A stretch of DNA of 64,000 nt from a virus (lineage: Duplodnaviria > Caudoviricetes). The stretch covers positions 288,001 to 352,000 of IMG/VR virus record IMGVR_UViG_3300001528_000580; one strand, written 5' to 3'. Positions within the stretch are counted from its first letter, which is position 1, and each line of letters opens with the position of its first letter. The translations under genes and the position numbers were made by a program. This document shows, one piece after another, positions 50,669 through 60,272 of this stretch. The notes beneath the pieces are model-generated. The model worked only from the letters and a program-made list of their open reading frames with translations. It was not told where the DNA came from and searched no databases.

Positions 50669-51646
50669 TTATCTATTTTTTAGCAATTTAAATCCTTCTT
50701 CGTAAAACCTTACATATCTAACAACTTCATCAACAGATATCATATCTAAACATTTTGGAATAACTTGTCCTGATTTTGTTTTTATCGGGAAATAACATAA
50801 TGAATTATCTTTAGGATCACCATCTCCAATAGGTATAGTTCTTGATTTCCAACACCCCCCTTTATCGCAACATGGCAACATTCCACATCTTGATATATAT
50901 TGATGAGAAGTAAATGCTTGCCAAGTCATAGGTTCTCTTCCACCTGCGATTACAATACACGGACGACTTTTTAAACATTTATTTGGTTCTGCTTGCATGG
51001 TAGCCAATAACATAGGGAACGATACTGGTGTAATTACACCTGATGAATGATACATCAAATTAATAAATTGTCTTGTTGTTGTTTTACCTATCAAATCAAT
51101 AACATTTTTTAATCTAGGATGTTTATGATCTGGATGATCCTCTCCTATTTGAACAAATACTACTTCACCTAGTAATTGATTTACAACTTGTTGATATCTA
51201 TCATACTCCCAACCCTTAGCAGTAAAGTCTTTTTTAAATCCAGCATCAATAATCCAATATCTTTTATCACCTGCCAATTGATCATCAATCATAGATGGAC
51301 TATTTTTTTCTTTTTCACTTAAATGTAAATCACAGCAAAAATCTCCTTGTTCTATTCTCATATTTAATTTTTGTTCAAAAAATTTTCTAAATCCATGTAT
51401 AAAGTGATATGGTTTAGTATTTGAGCTATGTATCAATGGATATTCTGCTTTAAAAACCATGTCAGCATTTTTTTCATTTATATCTCTATTTAAATATGGA
51501 TTATTTTCCCAAATATCCATAGCTGTTGTTTTTACATTTATTTCAAAAAAATCTTTACATGAATTATAAAGATCCCTTATTCCAGAAGTTAACATTAAAA
51601 TATCGCCAGGAGCTTGACCATTGGTAATAAAAAGTTTTTTCTTCAT
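50669..51646 (-). CDS. GT9 ADP-heptose:LPS heptosyltransferase-like protein
   Basis: APGDILML, AKGW, VQIG, DLIGKT, AGGREP, Cys-rich C-terminus (PCC..GGC...C...CLDMI). Confidence 0.8.
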   Translation of the reverse strand: MKKKLFITNGQAPGDILMLTSGIRDLYNSCKDFFEINVKTTAMDIWENNPYLNRDINEKNADMVFKAEYPLIHSSNTKPYHFIHGFRKFFEQKLNMRIEQGDFCCDLHLSEKEKNSPSMIDDQLAGDKRYWIIDAGFKKDFTAKGWEYDRYQQVVNQLLGEVVFVQIGEDHPDHKHPRLKNVIDLIGKTTTRQFINLMYHSSGVITPVSFPMLLATMQAEPNKCLKSRPCIVIAGGREPMTWQAFTSHQYISRCGMLPCCDKGGCWKSRTIPIGDGDPKDNSLCYFPIKTKSGQVIPKCLDMISVDEVVRYVRFYEEGFKLLKNR

Positions 51647-51697
51647 ATATATATTATCCTACATTTTCATTTTTAATTTTAAAAAATTATAAAAATA

Positions 51698-52213
51698 TTA
51701 TAATGTTTTTATAATTAATTCATATATTTTATCCAACACTGTTACATCACCATCGAATTCATAAAATTCAATATGATTAGTTAATAACATATTTTTTAAT
51801 TCTATGGATAAATTATCAGATTCTAATTCTGATTCTCTCCTTCCATTATTATCAAATTTAAATCTTCTATTCAAGAATATATTAAAATTATCATATGTTA
51901 AAAACATGTCAATAATAAATTGTTTAAAACTATTTGGATAATCATCCGGTTCATATAATACTCCTAACAAGATTGGAGAATCTGTTATTACAAAATCAAC
52001 TTTATTTCTCAATCTATGTATGTAATGATTTTGAACTCCTGTAACATAAAATTGATCTTCTAAACAAATTTTCCTTTCCTCATAAATAAGCCCTTTAGCA
52101 AATTCTGTGACAAGTTCTACTTTATATCCATTTAATTTCATTTTATAAAACAATCCAGAAGCTATTGTACTTTTACCTGCTCCGCTAGATCCAAACAAAT
52201 TAATCACTTTCAT
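51698..52213 (-). CDS. NadR-like/AAA_28 P-loop kinase
   Basis: GSSGAGKST, EFAK, ITDSP, GR.E. Confidence 0.75.
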   Translation of the reverse strand: MKVINLFGSSGAGKSTIASGLFYKMKLNGYKVELVTEFAKGLIYEERKICLEDQFYVTGVQNHYIHRLRNKVDFVITDSPILLGVLYEPDDYPNSFKQFIIDMFLTYDNFNIFLNRRFKFDNNGRRESELESDNLSIELKNMLLTNHIEFYEFDGDVTVLDKIYELIIKTL

Positions 52214-52235
52214 TAAGATAAAATTCCTTTTCTAT

Positions 52236-52265
52236 AAAAAAATCCAGATTTTTAAAATCTGGATT
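52236..52265 (-). terminator. intrinsic terminator after Ro60 gene
   Basis: aatccagatttt-t-aaaatctggatt plus U tract. Confidence 0.75.
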
Positions 52266-52289
52266 AATGTTTTTAGTTAATACAAATAA

Positions 52290-53834
52290 TTAACTATTTT
52301 CAACTATATTTTGAATATAGCTGATAACCGAATCATTCCAACCAAATATCTGATGAATATTATATTCAACACACTGTTCTTCTGACATAGGTCTCTGATC
52401 ATATCCATCACATCTGATAACAAATGCACAAGCATTCGGATATTTCTTCTTATATTTTATCCATGATTCTATCCACGATTCATTACCACCATTATAACTT
52501 CTACGATTATAACTTTCAGTATCAGTAACGAAAACGCAATAATCACGTTCAATATTGTTTTTTAACATATAGTCTAAGGCACAATTCATATTTGTACCAC
52601 CGCCACCCAAAGATTTAATGTAATTCATATGAGAAATTACAGAATCTTTCTTTGGAATTTTATATGGTTTCAATGAAGAAGCCCACGGCAATACAATTGC
52701 ATCATCAACACCTTTAACGAGAAAACCAGTAAACATTGCAGAAATATCCAAATAACTCAATGTACTTCTTGCAGAATATCCACCAAGTCTACCATTCATG
52801 GAACCTGAAACATCAGGACAAATTGCCCATGTTTTTTCGTTAAACTTATTCCAATCATATTGAATAATATAATCATCCAATACATCTGCTAACACATCGC
52901 CAACCTTGTTAGTAGAAGAAATATTTTTCCATGTCATAAACAATCTGAAAGGAAATACTTTTGCCTTCTTCAAATTCTCTACTGTAAATTTTTGTTTTGC
53001 ATAATCATAGGTATTAACACCAACTCTTTCAAATTTGTTAAGATATTTCAAAAATCTCATTACAGGAGAATTTTTAGCAATAGCATCCCAAATATTTTTG
53101 TCAAATTTATCATAATATGCAGTCAAACTATCTACATCAAGACGATAATTTAAAATATTTTCTTTTACTTGTTCATAATTTCCTTCATTCAACAATTTTG
53201 GAATTTCTTCAAATGCAGAAAATTCTTTAAATTCATCATATGCCTTCTGAATATTTACATCAGTAGCACTATCAGTTTTTCCTCTCAAAATATAAGAATA
53301 AATACAATTATTATCTTTTGGTCTTGACAATCTAATTGCATCACCAATAGCTTTACGGTATTTCAACGCATAATATGGATTTACCTTTTTCTTCAACCAA
53401 TCATTAATAGCAGTTTTGATCGAACGCCCAAACCCTCTTGTTTTTCTTGTCAAATCAATAAAATTTTCCAAGTCATCGCCAGTATAAATAACATGTTCAA
53501 AACACTTTTTAAACAAATTGGTATCTTTTTGAGAAAGATAAACAAGACCCAAAATTGGAAATGCCCTTATATAACCAACATTCCTGCCAATAACAATTGC
53601 TTTTGCAAGATCAGATGCTTCGGATCTTTTTATCAAATCAATCGCTTCATCAATAATATCTTTTTGAGATACATAAAATGTTCTTCCCAAAACACCAGTC
53701 ATTGCATATTGAATTAATCTTTCTCTATCACTTATTTTCCATGCTGGTGCTCCTTCAAAAGTAATTGTGTCGGTTGTTTTCAAAACATCATTTTCAACCT
53801 GTTCAACTCTTGAAATTACATTCTTCATTTTCAT
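52290..53834 (-). CDS. Ro60/TROVE domain protein with C-terminal vWA
   Basis: TFY, GFGRSIK, ALKY, RLSRP, VFPF, DVSGSM, GGT, TD.E. Confidence 0.88.
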   Translation of the reverse strand: MKMKNVISRVEQVENDVLKTTDTITFEGAPAWKISDRERLIQYAMTGVLGRTFYVSQKDIIDEAIDLIKRSEASDLAKAIVIGRNVGYIRAFPILGLVYLSQKDTNLFKKCFEHVIYTGDDLENFIDLTRKTRGFGRSIKTAINDWLKKKVNPYYALKYRKAIGDAIRLSRPKDNNCIYSYILRGKTDSATDVNIQKAYDEFKEFSAFEEIPKLLNEGNYEQVKENILNYRLDVDSLTAYYDKFDKNIWDAIAKNSPVMRFLKYLNKFERVGVNTYDYAKQKFTVENLKKAKVFPFRLFMTWKNISSTNKVGDVLADVLDDYIIQYDWNKFNEKTWAICPDVSGSMNGRLGGYSARSTLSYLDISAMFTGFLVKGVDDAIVLPWASSLKPYKIPKKDSVISHMNYIKSLGGGGTNMNCALDYMLKNNIERDYCVFVTDTESYNRRSYNGGNESWIESWIKYKKKYPNACAFVIRCDGYDQRPMSEEQCVEYNIHQIFGWNDSVISYIQNIVENS

Positions 53835-53919
53835 TCTCCATTTTTATTTTAATTTTTCAGCGAATATAACTTAATATAACACATAAAAATAATAAGTCAA
53901 GCTATTTTTTTTAAAAAAA

Positions 53920-54342
53920 TCAAATTTTTAATCCATAATTATTATTATTCGATTTGGAGTCCTTGAAATTTCCACTTTTCCAAGAGCCACCCAACCAAAG
54001 ACTATTTACAAAATCACCATTTTCAAATATCCCATTTTTCCATATAGCATTCTTAAACAATCCAAATTTAAAAGTACCGTTATACCAAGTTCCACCTAAA
54101 AAATTACCATAAAATATTCCGTCTAGCCAATTTCCACTCTTCCAATATATAAACCCATCTTTTGTTATCTCAAAAGAACCATTCTCACATGTAAAATAAT
54201 GAACTTTATTTCTTTTTAAAGAAAAAACATCTTTATTCAACCAATATGAAATATTTCCTGTATAATGTTCAAAAGTATTATTATTTCCAGAACAAAAATT
54301 ATCTATAATTAAATGTTTCAATTCTTCATCTATAACATTCAT
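53920..54342 (-). CDS. Trp/Gly pentapeptide-repeat protein (third paralog)
   Basis: GFIYWKSGNWLDGIFYGNFLGGTWYNGTF... Confidence 0.75.
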   Translation of the reverse strand: MNVIDEELKHLIIDNFCSGNNNTFEHYTGNISYWLNKDVFSLKRNKVHYFTCENGSFEITKDGFIYWKSGNWLDGIFYGNFLGGTWYNGTFKFGLFKNAIWKNGIFENGDFVNSLWLGGSWKSGNFKDSKSNNNNYGLKI

Positions 54343-54406
54343 ATTACAATTCCTTGTTTTACATTTATATATAATATAACACAAGATTTATAAAAGTCAA
54401 ATCTAA

Positions 54407-55231
54407 TCAAATAGATAAGATGATATTATCTTCATTTATTTTTGATTCTTCACTATGTATAATATGATTTCTAATTAATTTTGCTTTATATAAATCGTTA
54501 TCATTATACTCATATAAAACATTATTATCATGATAAAATTTATTATTAACTAATACCTTTAAAGTTAATTGACATGCTGTATTTTTAAATTTATATTTTA
54601 AATTATGTAAGCCTTCTGACAAAAATATATTATTGTTAATAATTTGACCATCTATATTAGATAATATTATACAATTAGTCTTTGTTATTAATGACTCATC
54701 GCTAAACATTGGTGTTTCAGAAAATTTATTTTTATATTTATTTCCTATAAAAAAATTAAAAATATCATCAATAGTAAATTTATAATATTCTATATTAACT
54801 GTGTTGTATATTAAATCATTTACAACAATAAAATTCATATTTGGAAATGTAATGACACCATCAATTACATAATTTGAATCGCACCAATATTCTGTATAAT
54901 ACAAATCATCAGAAAATAAATAATGAGTAGTATAATTACAATAAACAGAATCATTAATATTAATTATATCATTAATTAATATATAACTATCACTATTATA
55001 ATTATTTTCACTAATATTGATTATATCATCAATTATCAACTCTGTATTTTTATAATTTAAATACATGTTAGTTACATTCAAAGTATCGTTTATTGTAATA
55101 AAAATATCATTTATTAATATATCATACTTTATAACACTTAAATCATCAACTATTTCAATGATGGTATTTAAATCATTAGTATTATCAATTATTTTAAAAC
55201 TATCTTTAACATGTATTATTTTATTACTCAT
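54407..55231 (-). CDS. hypothetical protein with I-x-I-x-D repeats (probably virion-associated)
   Basis: Repeating beta-strand pattern; last gene of structural operon. Confidence 0.5.
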   Translation of the reverse strand: MSNKIIHVKDSFKIIDNTNDLNTIIEIVDDLSVIKYDILINDIFITINDTLNVTNMYLNYKNTELIIDDIINISENNYNSDSYILINDIININDSVYCNYTTHYLFSDDLYYTEYWCDSNYVIDGVITFPNMNFIVVNDLIYNTVNIEYYKFTIDDIFNFFIGNKYKNKFSETPMFSDESLITKTNCIILSNIDGQIINNNIFLSEGLHNLKYKFKNTACQLTLKVLVNNKFYHDNNVLYEYNDNDLYKAKLIRNHIIHSEESKINEDNIILSI

Positions 55232-55233
55232 AA

Positions 55234-56145
55234 TTAACTATTTGTCATACTTAACTGATATTGTATTTCTACGGTTTCAAATGCTTCTTGCTGCCACGGA
55301 GTATCAAAATTAGCTAAACTAAATGGTACAAAATTGTCATTGTCGTCTTTATAATCAAGAGTAATTGCATAAACAGTATCACTACTATTTAAATCATCTA
55401 ATTCCAAATTAGTTTTAAAAATAACAGAATAATTCAAAGAAGAATCTGCTAAAACATAGGATATTTCTTTTCTTAATAATGGAGTCAATGTTGTAATATT
55501 TTCACTTGTAGCTTCTTGAGCATATAAACTGATATGGGTTGGTGGATAAACATTGGCTGTTTTTGAATATAATCTCAATCTATATAAATAATATGGTATA
55601 TAACTACTATATGAGCTAGCTAAAAATCCACCAAATACAAATCGTATTGATTTTGCTTTTATATTTGAATTTAAATAATAAATATTTTCATTTTCTAATC
55701 TATCATCAACTTCTATTTGTTCTCTTAAAAACGCTGGTATTAATAAATCATTTATCGGTATATATTGCAATCCACTATCCTTTTTATATTCTATTTTAAT
55801 CAAACTATTAACTGAATTATCATCAATATAATAATCACAATCTATACCAACAGCATATAATTCTGTAATATCATTAAATTCAATTGTATAATACGCTTCT
55901 TTTTGATTTACTTGAATATAATTTGAACTTGATTCTTTTATAGGTTCTAAAAGATCGCCACCAGATGAAATAAAACCAGTAGCTTGAACATTTGAATTAT
56001 TAATTAAATCTATTTTTTTAGAAGAATCGTTTTTATTTGTCAAAAACCATGCTTGCATTAATTCAAAACCATCTTTTTGAATATTGTTATTAGCAATTAT
56101 ATTTTTATTGCTCTTTTTTATATTATATTTTCCACTTAAAATCAT
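55234..56145 (-). CDS. tail fibre/collar-like paralog 1
   Basis: N-term M.I.GKY..N.I...G and C-term F.TPW....E.V.I.Y shared with neighbours. Confidence 0.55.
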   Translation of the reverse strand: MILSGKYNIKKSNKNIIANNNIQKDGFELMQAWFLTNKNDSSKKIDLINNSNVQATGFISSGGDLLEPIKESSSNYIQVNQKEAYYTIEFNDITELYAVGIDCDYYIDDNSVNSLIKIEYKKDSGLQYIPINDLLIPAFLREQIEVDDRLENENIYYLNSNIKAKSIRFVFGGFLASSYSSYIPYYLYRLRLYSKTANVYPPTHISLYAQEATSENITTLTPLLRKEISYVLADSSLNYSVIFKTNLELDDLNSSDTVYAITLDYKDDNDNFVPFSLANFDTPWQQEAFETVEIQYQLSMTNS

Positions 56146-56159
56146 TTTAAAAAATCCTT

Positions 56160-57224
56160 TTATAAAGAACTTGATGAAGTTGATGAATTACTTGATAAAT
56201 TATTATCAGAATAAATGTTAATGCAATAATCAACATCTACAATATCGTTTGATGTTTTTTTCCACGGAGTATCAAAAACACCTCTACTAAATAATCTATC
56301 ACAAATATTTGGTGTATCTGTATATAATATTTGATCATTATAAAAATATAAACCTATCTCATTAAATTCTACATCATTACAATCATTATAATTCAATCTA
56401 CTACTATAAACAATTTTATAAACATTTTCATTAGAATAATCTGATTTATGTTTATTAATAAATATTTTTGATGATAATCCAAATAAATCTGTATCTCCAA
56501 CAGAAGCTACAACACTAGAAGTTCCCAATCCTATTACACATGGTGGATTTGGATATGAATTTTTTTCTAAAATACCCAATCCATACATACCAAAACTATC
56601 TGAACCTTCACTAGTAATTAATTTTATTCTAATTGTTTTAACGTTATCAATACTTCTTTCAATTGAAAAAGGTGTATCAAATCTAACTATTTTACAATTT
56701 TTATATTTAGTACTAGATGAATTAGATGCAGATGGCATAGCAACATACTTTTGTTTAATCCAATAACTTTCATCCTTATCTTTTACATCAGCATAATTTA
56801 AATTAGTTGTTGATATTTCAAAATATGGAATACTATTTCCTCTGCTTTGACCATATAATAATATACCAGAACAATTAATAGTTCTATTAGAAATTTCTAA
56901 AAATATAACATTATTATTGTCATAATTGGCTCTCATTACCATTCCTGTACTAGTATTATCTAAATGTTTACTATAATAATTTTGTAAACAATCATTTGGA
57001 ACTAAATTATTATTTAAAACATATGGAGTTATCTCTTGATAATTTATAAATCTTTCACTTGATAAACTTTTTCCAGAAAAAAGATCATTATCATATCCTG
57101 TATAATTATCATGTGAAAGCCATTCACATATCAAACGTTTGCCAATATTAGTTATGGTATTTGAACCTTTTGATATAATATTTCCATTCAAATCTTTTAC
57201 TTCAAATGTTCCCTTAATTTTCAT
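56160..57224 (-). CDS. tail fibre/collar-like paralog 2
   Basis: NTITNIG; IGLGT; EIGLY; LFSR..F.TPW.KT. Confidence 0.6.
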   Translation of the reverse strand: MKIKGTFEVKDLNGNIISKGSNTITNIGKRLICEWLSHDNYTGYDNDLFSGKSLSSERFINYQEITPYVLNNNLVPNDCLQNYYSKHLDNTSTGMVMRANYDNNNVIFLEISNRTINCSGILLYGQSRGNSIPYFEISTTNLNYADVKDKDESYWIKQKYVAMPSASNSSSTKYKNCKIVRFDTPFSIERSIDNVKTIRIKLITSEGSDSFGMYGLGILEKNSYPNPPCVIGLGTSSVVASVGDTDLFGLSSKIFINKHKSDYSNENVYKIVYSSRLNYNDCNDVEFNEIGLYFYNDQILYTDTPNICDRLFSRGVFDTPWKKTSNDIVDVDYCINIYSDNNLSSNSSTSSSSL

Positions 57225-57237
57225 TTTAAAATATTCC

Positions 57238-58839
57238 TTAATTTATTTTCAATTCATAACTAATAATAACTTGCTCATCTTCTGTCTTAATCCAACTTGT
57301 TTCAAAAGTAGCTTTACTAAAACAATTCTTTTCAATAAGAGTTTGTTCAGAAACAATATCAATATCAGATGGATTTGAACTGTTAAGTGTTCCAGAAAAA
57401 TTACCAAATAATCCTATTGCATTATATTCAGTAGTTCCAATAGTAACCCCATCTAAATAATCTAATGTTTTTGAAAATACAACAGTATCATCTCCCTTTA
57501 TTTCAATATTATCAACAATCCATGAATTAACCTCTGTAAAACCATAAACATTTGTTGATAAAGCAATTTTACAAGGATTATATGGTGTTAAAATTGCTTC
57601 AAAAATATCAATAGAAAAAATATCAAAAATAAGTTTTGAATAACTACTATAAGATACTGGCTTTATTCTTAATCTTATAGCTTTAATATTAGGAGCAAAA
57701 CCGAATATATTTTCTGATTCCCCTCTTGATTCATTAAAATTCTCTCCTGCGCCATACATATCAACCTTTGTTTCTAAAGATTCAAAAGTAAAATTTTGAT
57801 AAATTTTACTACCAGAATAATTTGTACTATTAACATTATAATCATTATAACTTGAATGAGAAAAATCCCAACACATTGGTTTATCTTGCCAATTTCCAGA
57901 TGGATTTGCACTAGTATCATCCATAAATTGTGTTCCAGATTCAGAAGAAACGACTAAATTTTGTCTTACCATTGGATCATATAATCTATAACATGGTTCA
58001 TACCAATTATCAATATATGATGATACTGTTGCTCCACTCCATGTAACAGAATCAGGATAACCATTAGTTGCACTACTACTTAACAATGGAGTAAATGATT
58101 CCCCTTCATTTGGTAATCTATTCAAAACAACCCATTTTTGTTTGTCATGAAATAAATAAAACTTAACATACTCTTTAGAAGATAATGAACTCTTGGTTTT
58201 TCTAATATAATATGGTTTATTATTATATAAAGGTTTGTTAATATCATAACATCTTAAAAAATCACCGCCATAAATATTATAATATTTATCGTTTTCTGCT
58301 CTTCCAGAATCATTAATATGGTATCCTTCTGTTTTCAAATCTATATATACATTTTGCATAATAGTTGATGAATAAGAATTATTATTAGAATCTCCAAAAT
58401 TAAATCTACTTAATAAACCAATTTTTTTTAAATTAATAGATTTTGAAAAATAAATTTCAATACTTACCTCTCCTGATAAATTTTTAGTTATATAAGTAGT
58501 ATAATTTGTAGGATCATTATTAATACTATTCTTAACCTTATTCATTCCACCAAGATAAATTTCATTATCTGTTTTGCCAACAGTTACAAGAGATGAACCA
58601 TTTTTAATAGATATTTTCCTTGTTTCATTATTATATCCAACAGGAGAACCAAAAGTATTTGTCAATTCTTTCTTTGAAAAAATAATATCTTTATCTAAAA
58701 ATCTAGCAAGTTGTAATGCACCAAATTTAGTAATATTATTTTTAGTATTTATTTCACTTGCATTACCATTTTTAGATATTTTTTTACAATTATATTTTCC
58801 TGTTATTTCAATTTCATTTTCCATTTTTATGTTCCCCAA
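57238..58839 (-). CDS. tail fibre/collar-like paralog 3
   Basis: NNITKFG; IGLF; FSK..F..SW.KTEDE. Confidence 0.6.
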   Translation of the reverse strand: MGNIKMENEIEITGKYNCKKISKNGNASEINTKNNITKFGALQLARFLDKDIIFSKKELTNTFGSPVGYNNETRKISIKNGSSLVTVGKTDNEIYLGGMNKVKNSINNDPTNYTTYITKNLSGEVSIEIYFSKSINLKKIGLLSRFNFGDSNNNSYSSTIMQNVYIDLKTEGYHINDSGRAENDKYYNIYGGDFLRCYDINKPLYNNKPYYIRKTKSSLSSKEYVKFYLFHDKQKWVVLNRLPNEGESFTPLLSSSATNGYPDSVTWSGATVSSYIDNWYEPCYRLYDPMVRQNLVVSSESGTQFMDDTSANPSGNWQDKPMCWDFSHSSYNDYNVNSTNYSGSKIYQNFTFESLETKVDMYGAGENFNESRGESENIFGFAPNIKAIRLRIKPVSYSSYSKLIFDIFSIDIFEAILTPYNPCKIALSTNVYGFTEVNSWIVDNIEIKGDDTVVFSKTLDYLDGVTIGTTEYNAIGLFGNFSGTLNSSNPSDIDIVSEQTLIEKNCFSKATFETSWIKTEDEQVIISYELKIN

Positions 58840-60272
58840 TTAACAGATATTTTATAAGCCAAATCAATTCTTTTATCTTCTGTCTTGATAAAACTATTAT
58901 TAAGTGTTGCTTCACTTAGAATATTATCATATAAATCTTTATTTTCAATATTTGATCTATAAAATTTTGTTTCCTTTGTCAAATCATCACTAAATTTTGA
59001 ACTAATTGACTCATCTTCATAATATAAAACATTATTAATAAAATTACACAATCCAATACTATTATATGTATGACCGTTCCCATCTTTATAATCTAATTTT
59101 CCATAAAATGATATTGAACTATTATTAAAATCATTAGTCTTTCTATATATTTTTATTTTATGTAAAAAATCATTATCTTTTAAATATATCCCTAATGGTC
59201 CAAGTTTAGGAATTCTCAATTTAAAAAATTGCACTTTCTCTATATAAACATTTCCTAATCCATTACTTTTATTAGATGACAAAATACATATCTGATTTGG
59301 AATTTTTATATACCACGGAGATAAACTGAAAAAATAACTTGTCATTTTATCATTCAATTTTAAACCAGAATTTTTAGCATATATACATTGATTTGGATTC
59401 CCTGTTACCATTGGAAAAATTGCATTTGTTCTTGTTTTACCTTGATTAAATGATAAACTAATATTAATATATTCGTTATCAACAATTGTTCCGTTATCAC
59501 TTCTCATATCAATACGCATACCTGAAATATATTCATCTTCAAACTCATAATGATAATATGTAATAATAAATGTTTTCCCTAAATAATTTGCTATATCAAC
59601 TGATGTATTAGTAGTAAATGTTAATTTACCTTTTTCTGTTCTAGTTCCACAATCAAATGTGAACAAATCGGTTACATCACTATTATCATCCTTTCTAATA
59701 ACTTTGAATTTATTATATTTCAAATTTGAATTAGACAATAAAACATTTGATTCTGATAATGTAAATTCTTCTTGAACTTCATTCATTCCAATATCAAAAA
59801 TATATCCACTTTGATTTTTTCTATCTTTATAATCATTTATTTGTTTAGTATTTGGACAAAATAAATCTCCTTCATAATAATTTGATGAATAACTATTAAA
59901 CACGGTTGAACTATATGAATTATTTAAAAACATATTTTGCGTATTCTGTACTTGTGAATTATAATTTCCATCAGAAGATATATTTGAATATTGCTTTCCA
60001 TTAACTACTACTGGTGTATAAAATGGTATTTCACCAGAAAGACCAGAAAACATGTTTTCATTTGAAAGTAAAGATGTTTCTTCATCATCACTTGCATAAA
60101 TACTAGGATTGTTACTGTTTAAACCTTGTAATAACATTTCTTTAAAACAATTTAACCCACTACTTGTTATAGTATTCTTTTTAGTTATTTTGTCAATAAG
60201 TTTATTTTTTTTATCATAAATAGAAATTTCTACTTCACCTGTAATATTTATATTATGTGATTTTAAGCTCAT
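58827..60272 (-). CDS. tail fibre/collar-like paralog 4
   Basis: NTITSSG; DGNG..Y..IGL; KTED. Confidence 0.6.
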   Translation of the reverse strand: MSLKSHNINITGEVEISIYDKKNKLIDKITKKNTITSSGLNCFKEMLLQGLNSNNPSIYASDDEETSLLSNENMFSGLSGEIPFYTPVVVNGKQYSNISSDGNYNSQVQNTQNMFLNNSYSSTVFNSYSSNYYEGDLFCPNTKQINDYKDRKNQSGYIFDIGMNEVQEEFTLSESNVLLSNSNLKYNKFKVIRKDDNSDVTDLFTFDCGTRTEKGKLTFTTNTSVDIANYLGKTFIITYYHYEFEDEYISGMRIDMRSDNGTIVDNEYINISLSFNQGKTRTNAIFPMVTGNPNQCIYAKNSGLKLNDKMTSYFFSLSPWYIKIPNQICILSSNKSNGLGNVYIEKVQFFKLRIPKLGPLGIYLKDNDFLHKIKIYRKTNDFNNSSISFYGKLDYKDGNGHTYNSIGLCNFINNVLYYEDESISSKFSDDLTKETKFYRSNIENKDLYDNILSEATLNNSFIKTEDKRIDLAYKISVNWGT

